DNA of 63,681 bases, the filler included. It is 8 parts of 8 records of this genome, joined end to end, with 100 filler letters (N's around TTAATTAATTAA, not from the genome) between each part and the next. Parts side by side here need not be neighbours in the genome. Positions count along the whole stretch, not along the records: positions 51,145 to 57,972 come from SRR31147125_53799; positions 58,073 to 63,681 come from SRR31147125_53837; 6 more parts are not named here. One strand, given 5' to 3'. Shown here one piece after another: positions 54,357 to 62,990 of this stretch (positions are counted from its first letter, which is position 1; every line of letters begins with the position of its first letter). The notes under the pieces were generated by a model, which worked only from the letters and a program-made list of their open reading frames with translations, had not been told where the DNA came from and ran no database searches. Both the position numbers and the translations under genes were made by a program.

Positions 54357-54761
54357 TTAAATTCCGGATAATCTGGACTTAATACTGGTTACAATCAAAC
54401 TCCATTCCTCAAAGGAATTACTCTCTTCCCACAACTCAAATAGCTCTGAATTATCTTTCATCACTCTATCAATAGCTTTAATTGCACTTGGCACTAGAGT
54501 AGACACTTCCAAACTCTTCACTTTGCTAATAAATCCAGTAAATTCATCATTGTTAAAATCTGAATAATTATGCTCAGTTAAAACCATATCTAGGATTGCC
54601 GCAGAAATAAGTATTTCATGAGCCTCATCAACTTCTAAATACTCACTATCAAATCTACTAAATGCCTTCATCATGTACTCTACTGGGTTTTCCTCTACAA
54701 AATCGTACATGAAATCAGATGCATTATCATTCTCGAATATTCCAACTCCCCATGTTCCCAT
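54357..54761 (-). CDS. DUF4259-like protein
   Basis: MGTWGVGIFENDNASDF start with RBS GAAAGGAAGG; C-terminal SELFELWEE. Confidence 0.8.
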   Translation of the reverse strand: MGTWGVGIFENDNASDFMYDFVEENPVEYMMKAFSRFDSEYLEVDEAHEILISAAILDMVLTEHNYSDFNNDEFTGFISKVKSLEVSTLVPSAIKAIDRVMKDNSELFELWEESNSFEEWSLIVTSIKSRLSGI

Positions 54762-54889
54762 AGTAACCTTCCTTTCAAAACAAAATAATTTTATTAATAC
54801 TATATATTCCAATGCGTTACAATCCGTTATTCGTGATCTCTTTAACTTCAATTACATTATCAACTTTATCTTAGGTCGAATGAAATATA

Positions 54890-55381
54890 TTACATTCCCT
54901 CCATCATAATTTTTATGCTATCTCTTGAAAAACCAGTAGAAGTAGATGAGAATATTCCCATGACACCTCCAGCTATACATATTAAAATGAGAATCTTGAT
55001 AGTTAATTCAGAAACATTCTGACCTCCTAGTTCTTTTAACAAAATTGATATTTCTTTTGCTCCGTTCTTTATTAAAACCCAAATTAGAATAATAATCCAA
55101 ACGGCTACTACTGATATGTGAAATAAAGCAATCCATGGATTAAAGGGGGTTGGAAAAAGATAATACAAAAAGTAAGGAATTTTACCGAATATCATCCCTA
55201 GTCCAACAGCAATCCAAGGGACATTACCTACTAGAATAATACCTTTTGAAACACGTAAACCTATTTTCAAGTGTTCTCTATCTATTATTTTTGATTTACA
55301 TAAATAGTAGAAAAATCCTCCATATATTGATGTAGCTATAATTGAAATCACCCAAAAGAATTGTTGATAAATTACTAGCAT
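54890..55381 (-). CDS. Hypothetical four-TM membrane protein
   Basis: RBS AGGAGG; four hydrophobic segments. Confidence 0.7.
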   Translation of the reverse strand: MLVIYQQFFWVISIIATSIYGGFFYYLCKSKIIDREHLKIGLRVSKGIILVGNVPWIAVGLGMIFGKIPYFLYYLFPTPFNPWIALFHISVVAVWIIILIWVLIKNGAKEISILLKELGGQNVSELTIKILILICIAGGVMGIFSSTSTGFSRDSIKIMMEGM

Positions 55382-55423
55382 TAATTAACCTCCTAAGTCA
55401 TGTTAAAGTATCCTTTTATTTTC

Positions 55424-55520
55424 TCATAACGTCTACCGAATTGCCGACGTCTATTGGCTCAAAAATTACCCGCTTACCATAACCTTCAAGTCGATAGATG
55501 TTGGCAATTCGCTGTTAGAT
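55424..55520. repeat. attC-like hairpin site 4
   Basis: TCATAAC-GTCTACC-GAATTGCCGACGTCTATTG...CGATAGATGTTGGCAATTC-GCT-GTTAGAT. Confidence 0.85.
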
Positions 55521-55586
55521 GAAATATTCGAATGATCCCATTCCAACAAGCTAAAGAGTCACGCGACACACCTCATTGCTTATTCT

Positions 55587-56165
55587 TTATTGAGCATTAA
55601 GGAACAATATCATGAGATACTCACCGGCATAGGTACCATCACCATACTTCAATGCATGCTTCTTCGTCCCATGTATTTCAAATCCCAAACTCTTATACAT
55701 GCTTAAAGCTCGATTGTTATGAGTAACAACTTCCAATTCAAGTTGCTCTACCCCATTCCCTCTACTCCACTTTATACATTCTTCCATCATCGTTCTTCCG
55801 ATACCCAATCCCCAAAAAGATTTTCTCACAGATATACCTAATGCTGCTCGATGCAAATATCTTCGTTTACTCATAACTATTCCTACAGAACAGTTAGCTA
55901 CTATCTGTCCTTCAACTTCAGCTATCAAAAGTTGACTATTGGCATCATCTGCAAGGCTTCTTATAAAAGCTTCTTCTTGTTCTGCCGTGAAATCAAATTC
56001 CCCGGGTTCACGTGCCAAAAATCTCGTCTCACAGTCTACATCTTTCATATAATTGATTAGATTCTGTGCATCGCTCACTTCTGGGATTCTTACAATTAAC
56101 TGCTTATTGTCCTTCAATTCATACTTCTCTTTATAAGCTACTGTCTTAGCTTCGTGGTTACACAT
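55587..56165 (-). CDS. GNAT-family N-acetyltransferase
   Basis: LGISVRKSFWGLGIGR, LELEV...NNRALSMYKSLGF; RBS GGAGG. Confidence 0.9.
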   Translation of the reverse strand: MCNHEAKTVAYKEKYELKDNKQLIVRIPEVSDAQNLINYMKDVDCETRFLAREPGEFDFTAEQEEAFIRSLADDANSQLLIAEVEGQIVANCSVGIVMSKRRYLHRAALGISVRKSFWGLGIGRTMMEECIKWSRGNGVEQLELEVVTHNNRALSMYKSLGFEIHGTKKHALKYGDGTYAGEYLMILFLNAQ

Positions 56166-56281
56166 AAAAAATTCCTCCATTTAATATTGACTTCTTCAAA
56201 AATAATGTCACTAATATCGCTAATGTCGCCTTCCATGTAACCACCTCCTTCAAAATCATCTATATTAAAACGCTGAAAGCA

Positions 56282-56343
56282 TCATAACAGCATTGTTCTT
56301 TGCCCCTATTACCGAATGTGAATATGTCAACTCGCTGTTAGCA
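56282..56343. repeat. Degenerate attC-like site 5
   Basis: Right end CTC-GCT-GTTAGCA intact and left TCATAAC present, but the stem pairs poorly. Confidence 0.55.
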
Positions 56344-56362
56344 GACGTATATAATGACAACA

Positions 56363-56985
56363 TTAACCATTCTTTGATTCAAATAATGGCTTTTCTTCAT
56401 CACTAAGCTTAGGATATACTACTTTAAAATAGTAATTATTAGGATACTTATAACTGAAATACGTCAATAGTAAAGTTATAGGATAACCTGTGATCCAATT
56501 AATACCATACATAACTTCAAAAGAATCTAATCTTAACATAGTTATCTTTATAAATAACTTCATAGCATAAAAGATTCCCCAAATTAATGTCAATTTCCTT
56601 AGTGCAGGTCTACATTGATCATATATATTATCATTCTCAAAGAAACTCTTGGCTAATACCGAGACTAGGTCATTCTTAGTGAAATATGAAGCCAAAAAAA
56701 TTAGTGAATATAGAGTATTACTTACTAGTGGATAAATAAAAACAGTCATCGGATTATCTGATATAAATTCTATAAAAGAACTCACAAATAAACCTATCAT
56801 TCCAAAAATATTAAGTGGTGTAAATCTTCTATTAACTTTATAGACCGAAGCATACATTAGTAAACCAATAGTAAAACTAATAACAATAGCAACTCTAAAT
56901 GTAGTGTACTTAAAAAGATTGATGAAAACCAAAGCTGGTATAAAACTAAAAATCAATTCTTGATGCTTATAAAAAAACTCTTCAT
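56363..56985 (-). CDS. Membrane protein, VC0807/DUF3159-like (one-base frameshift in A run near 56975)
   Basis: RBS AAGGGG and ATG at 56985 rejoin the ORF if one T is added; LRKLTLIWG motif, several TM helices. Confidence 0.6.
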
Positions 56986-57020
56986 TGTAATTCCCCTTCC
57001 GAAACCGAATTATATATGTC

Positions 57021-57095
57021 TGTTAACGTCCCGTGAACTTACGACGTGGCCATCCTTCCAGTTAAAACGTCCATGTCGTAAGTTCGCTGTTAGGC
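57021..57095. repeat. attC-like hairpin site 6
   Basis: TGTTAAC-GTCCCGT-GAACTTACGACGTGG...CCATGTCGTAAGTTC-GCT-GTTAGGC. Confidence 0.88.
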
Positions 57096-57197
57096 GTAGT
57101 CTCACACGGAAGCTACTATAACCTATAGAATGAGCCACTTCCTCTTATCTTCATATCCTATATATGTATTATACAAGCCTCATTACATCTACGTTTA

Positions 57198-57584
57198 CTA
57201 GTCTAAATATGGATAGTTTTTTCTAACTTCCATCTGATACTCATCCAAACTCACCATCTTGTCTTCTCTAAAACGTATTACTGAAACTCCGTCAAATGTA
57301 TACTCAACTGAATCTACTTCGCAAACAAAATTCCAGATAGATGTTGCTACTTCAGAGTCATCATCGAAATACTGATTACTTATATCCCATGAAATTACAC
57401 GATTACCTTTAGAATGCCAACCGTCAAACCACTTCTCTGCTACATCAATACCAATATACATATCGCCTGTGCATTCTTTAACTATTACATCATGATTCAA
57501 AAGGGATAAAAATAATGTCTTATCCTGAGCAATCCAAGCTCTAAAATAATCTCTCGTTATTTGAGTTGCAACTTTACGATTCAT
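57198..57584 (-). CDS. SnoaL/NTF2-like protein
   Basis: YFRAW..QD, ECTGDMY.G, WNF.C, FDGVSVIRF...EY; RBS GGAGG. Confidence 0.8.
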   Translation of the reverse strand: MNRKVATQITRDYFRAWIAQDKTLFLSLLNHDVIVKECTGDMYIGIDVAEKWFDGWHSKGNRVISWDISNQYFDDDSEVATSIWNFVCEVDSVEYTFDGVSVIRFREDKMVSLDEYQMEVRKNYPYLD

Positions 57585-57633
57585 TGTACTCCTCCAAAAA
57601 AATCATTATTGTCTTAAACCAATGTGGGATTAC

Positions 57634-57705
57634 GCCTAACGTTCCGCTGTTATGCGAAGGGCAATTTGGGTGTAGCAAAGCGGAACCATATAGTCGTTGT
57701 TATAT
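57634..57705. repeat. attC-like site 7 (partly degenerate)
   Basis: GCCTAAC-GTTCCGC-TGTTATGCGAAG...GTC-GTT-GTTATAT; left arm resembles site 2. Confidence 0.65.
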
Positions 57706-57719
57706 GCTGTTGCAATTTT

Positions 57720-57972
57720 TTATGCACCCTTTTTAATTCTAATTTTTGTATAGATTGCCACGATAATCATTAAAGCTAATGTAAAAAGTGCTTTATATAG
57801 AGTGGTTGAACCTTCAAGTTCTGTTGTACCGAAATTGACTAAAACATCCCAAACAGCACCAATTCCCCAAAAAAACGGAAATATAATTAAAATATTATTA
57901 GTAATTCTAAATACTGATGCATACATAATTCCAACAAAAATTAGTTTTATAAACTCTGGTTGAAAACCTGCA
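57720..57972 (-). CDS. C-terminal part of a membrane protein (5' truncated)
   Basis: Hydrophobic ORF ending 14 nt before site 7. Confidence 0.6.
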
Positions 57973-58072
57973 NNNNNNNNNNNNNNNNNNNNNNNNNNNN
58001 NNNNNNNNNNNNNNNNTTAATTAATTAANNNNNNNNNNNNNNNNNNNNNNNNNNNNNNNNNNNNNNNNNNNN
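57973..58072. other. Artificial contig spacer
   Basis: N-TTAATTAATTAA-N. Confidence 0.98.
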
Positions 58073-58129
58073 CTGCTCACCGCCGCCTTCGAGGGCGCGA
58101 TCGAGCTTCTCTTTCAGGTTCTTGTCCAT
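58073..58129 (-). CDS. N-terminus, possibly of an acyl-CoA carboxyltransferase beta subunit
   Basis: MDKNLKEKLDRALEGGGEQ resembles the GGG-containing start of that family; only 19 aa visible. Confidence 0.35.
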
Positions 58130-58236
58130 TGGAACCTCTATCCGTTTCTTTCCCTTCAAGTCCAGCATGACCAAGCTCCTTTATTGACTGCCGAATCCGA
58201 GCAGTCCCCTCCCGCAAAGAAAGGGAGACGTTCTGA

Positions 58237-59919
58237 TCAATCCGTATCCGGGCAGTCCGCCCAGTCGTCCAGGCATTCGTAATAGACGTCGCCCATGTCG
58301 TTGGGGTTCAGGGAATTGTAGACCTTATCCTGGAACCGGAAGACATCCGGGAACGGACCATTCCGATGACCGGCATCCCGGACGTCCTTGGGTGTTTCGT
58401 ATCCGTCATAGCCACGGGCCATGGCATTGAGTTTCTCGAAGCCGCAGCCACTCCAGCCCTTGGATTTCGTATAGTTGAAAGAAGCGTCGAAGAACTCCAG
58501 TGCACCGTCTGTGGATTCCTTGTCCGAACTGTCGAAGCAGGTGAAGTTCTCCCACAAGCCGGATCCGCCGCCACCCTGGCCGCCGATGGGTCCCATCATG
58601 CAGTCGCCGCCGCCGGCGACGATCTGTCCCTTCTTTTCCCATTCTTTCTTGAACTCTCCGACTTCTTCGGCACGCTGGGAACCGAAGTCGATGGAGTTGA
58701 TCATCCCGAAGTTACCGTCATATCCGCCGCCGTATACCAGGTTGAGGGCCTTATGTCCCAGGCGGAGCAGGTACAGGAGCGTGTAATCCCTTATCTGCTC
58801 GGTCTCCATGCATTCGGCGATGTATCCGCCGGTAATCGAAAGGATCTCGTCCAGGGTTTCTTTCTGCCAGTCGTAGTCGTTCTGCGTCATGCCGACAAGG
58901 ATGATCTGGAAGTCGATCTTCATGGAATCGTTGGCTTTTTTAATATCCGGATCATCCACCAGTGCCTTGAGATCAGAAATGGTTTTCGTCGGATCGGTGA
59001 GAATCTTGATCATGGCAAACTTCAGGTCTCGCCCCAGGAAGTTGAACTGCCTGTGGGCCGTGTAGCCGATGCCGTTCTCCCAGAGCATGTGGACCGTGTC
59101 GGCCCAGGAATCCCAATCGGGGAAAGCCAGGGTGAAAGCCCGGAAATTATCCGGAAGCTTTGTGGTATAGGCCGGAGCCTGGCCGTAAACCGGAAGCTCT
59201 TTGGGGCCTGGCCAGGCGTGGAGTTTCACAGCGCACTTGGTGAAGACACCCAGTGAACCCTTGCTGCCGAACATACCGCGCATAATGCCCCGCATGCTGG
59301 GTCCCGGACCTTCGCCGCAGAACCACGCATCATCGTCGTAGCCCAGGGAACCTGTCTTGACGATTTCCCCTGTGGGAAGTACCCACTCGGCACCCAGGAG
59401 GTTTTCGTACTGCCAGCCGCCGTACAGGTTTCCCGGCCCCGATCCCAGCCAGGCGGTGGCGCCGGCAAGAATGGAACAGGAACATCCGGATCCCTGGATA
59501 TGGCAGTTCAATCCGACTTTCATCGTCTCCGCCTGCAGGGTGGCACCGATAACACCGGGTTCAACCACGGCAATCATATTCTTGCTGTCGATATCAAGAA
59601 CCCGGTCCATACGCCGCATATCCAGCACCAGGGTGTTGTCGCCGTTGGGATATCCCTGGGCGGACCAGAAAGTGGTGGAGGGTTTGTACTTCACGCCGTT
59701 CCGATTGCACCATTTGACAATGGCTGAAACTTCTTCAGTAGTTCCCGGAAGAAGGACTGCGATGCCCCTGGGGGTGCGCACATCGAAGTGGGGACCCAGG
59801 TGAATGGCGGTATGGGACAGGTTGTATCGGTAGCCGTCGAGTACGCCGGGATCTTTGGAAATGTTCCGCTTACCGACAATAGCTTCCAGTTCTTTATATT
59901 GTTTATCTGTCAGGCTCAT
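58237..59919 (-). CDS. FAD-binding oxidoreductase (VAO/GlcD superfamily)
   Basis: LLPGTTEEV, LDMRRMDRVL, VEPGV, GSKGSLGVFTK, LNPND. Confidence 0.85.
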   Translation of the reverse strand: MSLTDKQYKELEAIVGKRNISKDPGVLDGYRYNLSHTAIHLGPHFDVRTPRGIAVLLPGTTEEVSAIVKWCNRNGVKYKPSTTFWSAQGYPNGDNTLVLDMRRMDRVLDIDSKNMIAVVEPGVIGATLQAETMKVGLNCHIQGSGCSCSILAGATAWLGSGPGNLYGGWQYENLLGAEWVLPTGEIVKTGSLGYDDDAWFCGEGPGPSMRGIMRGMFGSKGSLGVFTKCAVKLHAWPGPKELPVYGQAPAYTTKLPDNFRAFTLAFPDWDSWADTVHMLWENGIGYTAHRQFNFLGRDLKFAMIKILTDPTKTISDLKALVDDPDIKKANDSMKIDFQIILVGMTQNDYDWQKETLDEILSITGGYIAECMETEQIRDYTLLYLLRLGHKALNLVYGGGYDGNFGMINSIDFGSQRAEEVGEFKKEWEKKGQIVAGGGDCMMGPIGGQGGGGSGLWENFTCFDSSDKESTDGALEFFDASFNYTKSKGWSGCGFEKLNAMARGYDGYETPKDVRDAGHRNGPFPDVFRFQDKVYNSLNPNDMGDVYYECLDDWADCPDTD

Positions 59920-59932
59920 GTTCTCCCCTTGC

Positions 59933-61201
59933 CTACAGTGCCTTCTGCACCAGATCGAGGATATCGATGACGTTCATTGAGCTGTCGCCGTCACCCGCGT
60001 CGTCGAAGTTGGTCTTGCACCAGGGACAGGCGGTTACCATGGCTTCCGCTCCGGTGGCCGTCGCTTCTTCGAGGCGTTCTCCTGCTACCCAGTTGGAGTA
60101 CTCGGGGTAGGCTTCCTTCGCTCCACCCCCGGCTCCGCAGCAGTAGCTGTACTCCCGGATCCGCTCCATCTCCACCAGCTCAACGCCGGGAATGGCTTCC
60201 AGGATACGCCGGGGTTCGTCGTAGATACCTTTGATGCCGTTGTACCGCGGCTTGGCGGGAGAATGGACGACAATCTGGTTCTTGTATTTCACCTCTTCGC
60301 CGTCCCATTCTTCATGGGGCTCGCCCAGTCGGCCGAGATGGCATGGATCATGGTAGGTGACCTTCATGGGAACTTCCCTGGTGAACTTGATCTTGCCTTC
60401 CTGAATCGCCCTGTCCAGGTATTCAACGATATGCAGAACTTCGAAATCCGCGCCCAGTTCAGGATAGAGACGCTTGAAGGCATGGTAACCGTCTGAACAG
60501 GCGGTAACGATGGTTTTCACGCCGGCCTTCTTCCATAGTGCGATATTCGGTTTAGCCAGTTTCTCAAAGGCTTCATAGTGGCCCATGGAGTACACCCTGG
60601 CACCGCAGCACATCTCGTAGTTGCCCATGATGCCGAAGTCGGCGCCGGTAGCCTGGAGGATACCAACGGCCGTTCGGGCGGTTCCCTGGAGCTTCTCGTC
60701 GTAGCTGTAACTGCAACCGGCGTGGAAGACGATGTCGGCTTTCTCTCTGGAGAGGTCCTTCAGGTTAAGATCGTTGGCCCAGTCTCCCCGGTGCATCTTG
60801 TCCCGATTGAAGACATTGAGCTCGTTGGTCAGGTTGTCCAGTATCTTCTGATGTGCCTCGGGATATTTGCCCTTCTCTACAAGTTCAGCTTTGAGATCCC
60901 GGACCATTTCCAGGGGTTCCAGGTTGTACCGGCAGATCTTGCAGGCGATGTCGCAGGCGCCGCAGGCCAGGCAGGTGTGGGCGATGTCCATTACTTCATC
61001 AGTGATTTCGATTTCATCCCTGAGGATCGATCGGCTGGTCAGGTAACGACCCCGGGCTGAGTAGTTATTGAAGTTGTGGTAGTCGATACTGGGGCAATTC
61101 TTCGCAAAGCGCCAGCTCTTCACCTGATCGAAGGGAACCCACTTGCAGTACGAACAGGCGCTGCACCGCTCTATTTCCTTTTCATAGTCTTTCAATGCCA
61201 T
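59933..61201 (-). CDS. Fe-S oxidoreductase with two CCG domains (GlcF/HdrD-like)
   Basis: CSACSYC, CLACGACDIAC, EMCCG, YHDPCHLGR, YCCGAGGG, TACPWC. Confidence 0.9.
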   Translation of the reverse strand: MALKDYEKEIERCSACSYCKWVPFDQVKSWRFAKNCPSIDYHNFNNYSARGRYLTSRSILRDEIEITDEVMDIAHTCLACGACDIACKICRYNLEPLEMVRDLKAELVEKGKYPEAHQKILDNLTNELNVFNRDKMHRGDWANDLNLKDLSREKADIVFHAGCSYSYDEKLQGTARTAVGILQATGADFGIMGNYEMCCGARVYSMGHYEAFEKLAKPNIALWKKAGVKTIVTACSDGYHAFKRLYPELGADFEVLHIVEYLDRAIQEGKIKFTREVPMKVTYHDPCHLGRLGEPHEEWDGEEVKYKNQIVVHSPAKPRYNGIKGIYDEPRRILEAIPGVELVEMERIREYSYCCGAGGGAKEAYPEYSNWVAGERLEEATATGAEAMVTACPWCKTNFDDAGDGDSSMNVIDILDLVQKAL

Positions 61202-61222
61202 TGTTTTCTCCTCGTCCTTTTC

Positions 61223-62662
61223 CTAGAAGCAGAGTTTTCCCGGGTTCAGGATGTTCATTGGATCGAAGATGTCTTTCATCTTCTTCGTCAGGATGGTGTT
61301 CTGGGCGTTTCCGCCGTACACCATGTCGGACCAGATACCGTAGGGGCGGGAGAAGAAAGCGCCTTCCCGCATCAGGTTACGGCTCATGTCGGTATAGGTT
61401 TCTTCGTCAATCGGCATCGGGAGTACGATGTGGCAATTCACAGCAGCTCCCTGGTGCAGCGGCTGGATGTACACGGCACAATCGGACATGGAATATCCAG
61501 CCCTGCTCGCTGCGTCCGCGGCAGCCTTCAGCTGTGCTGGAATCTTGTCCAATGTGGAAAGGAAAAATATTTCTTTCGAATCGCCGGTTCTTTCCTTCCA
61601 GTTTTCCTCTGAAGAGGTGGCGAGAAGCTTGCCTGTCACCTCATCAACGGGAAGACCGGCAACGCTGGGAACAGTAATCAGGCCGTTCTCCTGGGCGATA
61701 GAATCAATATCCTCAGCCTGTACCCGTATCTTCTCTTTGGCCCGCAGGGCGCCCCATTTCACATTGATGAAAGCTGTCCACATTGCGAGCTTCTGTTCAT
61801 ACTCCCGTACTTCGGCTGCGTTATCGGCGAGGATGGACGCCATGGCCTTCCTGTTCATCAGGCAGACTTCGTCGCCGAAACGGAACTGGAGGTTTTTGTA
61901 GAGGTAGTCGGTAAGCTCTTCAACTGAGTCACCTTCAGTAAAAACGGCTTTCTCTTCCTTTGCCGCCGCTTCCACTCGCACCGAGGCCCAGGTGACGATA
62001 CCGAAAGTACCTTGTGAAGCGGTAACCATCTTCAGGAAGTCGAACTGGTGAGGACCGGCGTTGGTTACCGGGATTTCTCCGCTTTCCCAGGCCTCGTCCT
62101 TTTCTCCACGATGGTAGCCCATGCCGGAATGGATCTTGTCACCTGTACCGAAGATGATTTCCATGGAGCGGAGAGGTTCGGTCATGTTCCATTGATATTT
62201 CGGCGAGAGCAGAGGCTCGCGGTCCAGCAGGGTGGCGATGACCGACTTTCCCTTTTTCGGCAGCAGAGGCTGGGGAATCCGGAGTCCCTCGGCATCGAGG
62301 GCTTCGGTAAGCTGTTCCCAGGTGACACCGGGTTGAATCAGGGCCAGCCGGTGCCTGCGGTTGATTTTCAGTATTCTGTTCATCCCGCTCAGGTCGACGA
62401 TAATGGAACCAGGCGCATCGGGACAGGTTCCACCAGACCTGTGGGGCGCACCGGAACTGACAGGCACAAGGGGCAATCCCTGCTCATTGGCCAGTTTCAC
62501 CACCTGCTGTACCTGTTCGGTGTCAGCGGGTTTAACCAGATAGTCCGATGCCATCGGTTCATTCAGTGGCCGGAATCCCACCGATGAGCTATTGAAGTCG
62601 GGTTTTTCGATAACCTTGTCTTTACCGACTATGCCGACCAGGCGACTAAGCGTATCACTCAT
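61223..62662 (-). CDS. FAD-binding oxidoreductase (GlcD/GlcE-like)
   Basis: VKPADTEQV, VDLSGMNRIL, QPGV, SQGTFGIVT, FDPMNILNPGK. Confidence 0.85.
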   Translation of the reverse strand: MSDTLSRLVGIVGKDKVIEKPDFNSSSVGFRPLNEPMASDYLVKPADTEQVQQVVKLANEQGLPLVPVSSGAPHRSGGTCPDAPGSIIVDLSGMNRILKINRRHRLALIQPGVTWEQLTEALDAEGLRIPQPLLPKKGKSVIATLLDREPLLSPKYQWNMTEPLRSMEIIFGTGDKIHSGMGYHRGEKDEAWESGEIPVTNAGPHQFDFLKMVTASQGTFGIVTWASVRVEAAAKEEKAVFTEGDSVEELTDYLYKNLQFRFGDEVCLMNRKAMASILADNAAEVREYEQKLAMWTAFINVKWGALRAKEKIRVQAEDIDSIAQENGLITVPSVAGLPVDEVTGKLLATSSEENWKERTGDSKEIFFLSTLDKIPAQLKAAADAASRAGYSMSDCAVYIQPLHQGAAVNCHIVLPMPIDEETYTDMSRNLMREGAFFSRPYGIWSDMVYGGNAQNTILTKKMKDIFDPMNILNPGKLCF

Positions 62663-62990
62663 GGCATATCTCCATTCCTGTTGATTTACTTGTTCTCGTA
62701 CTGAAAAAACGGGAGCAGCCGCATTAATGCGACTTCACTCGAATCCTAATTAACACCACCAATTTACGATCGAAAAAGCACCATGTCAACCTTTATTGAA
62801 TCTTTTCAGCGAATTTGTTCAACGAAATTGGCGTAGGGCAATACACATACTTTTATGCAATAAATAAAGTGATATATTTTTGTTTGATCTCAGTGGAATG
62901 ATATGACAATTCAAACAGATATATTTACAGACCTACCATAAAGGTGATGCGGTATGAGATGGTAAATTATTCTGTTGTATTCTGGGGAAT

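Noticed and set aside
51336-57705. CRISPR array or simple intrinsic terminators as the explanation for the repeats
   Set aside because: The spacing is whole genes, the repeats are not identical, there are no consistent U tails on the coding strand, and the wobble bias favours the non-coding strand.
5258-58072. Recurring TTAATTAATTAA motif as a biological repeat
   Set aside because: Always centred in a 100-bp N run; it is an all-frame-stop assembly linker.
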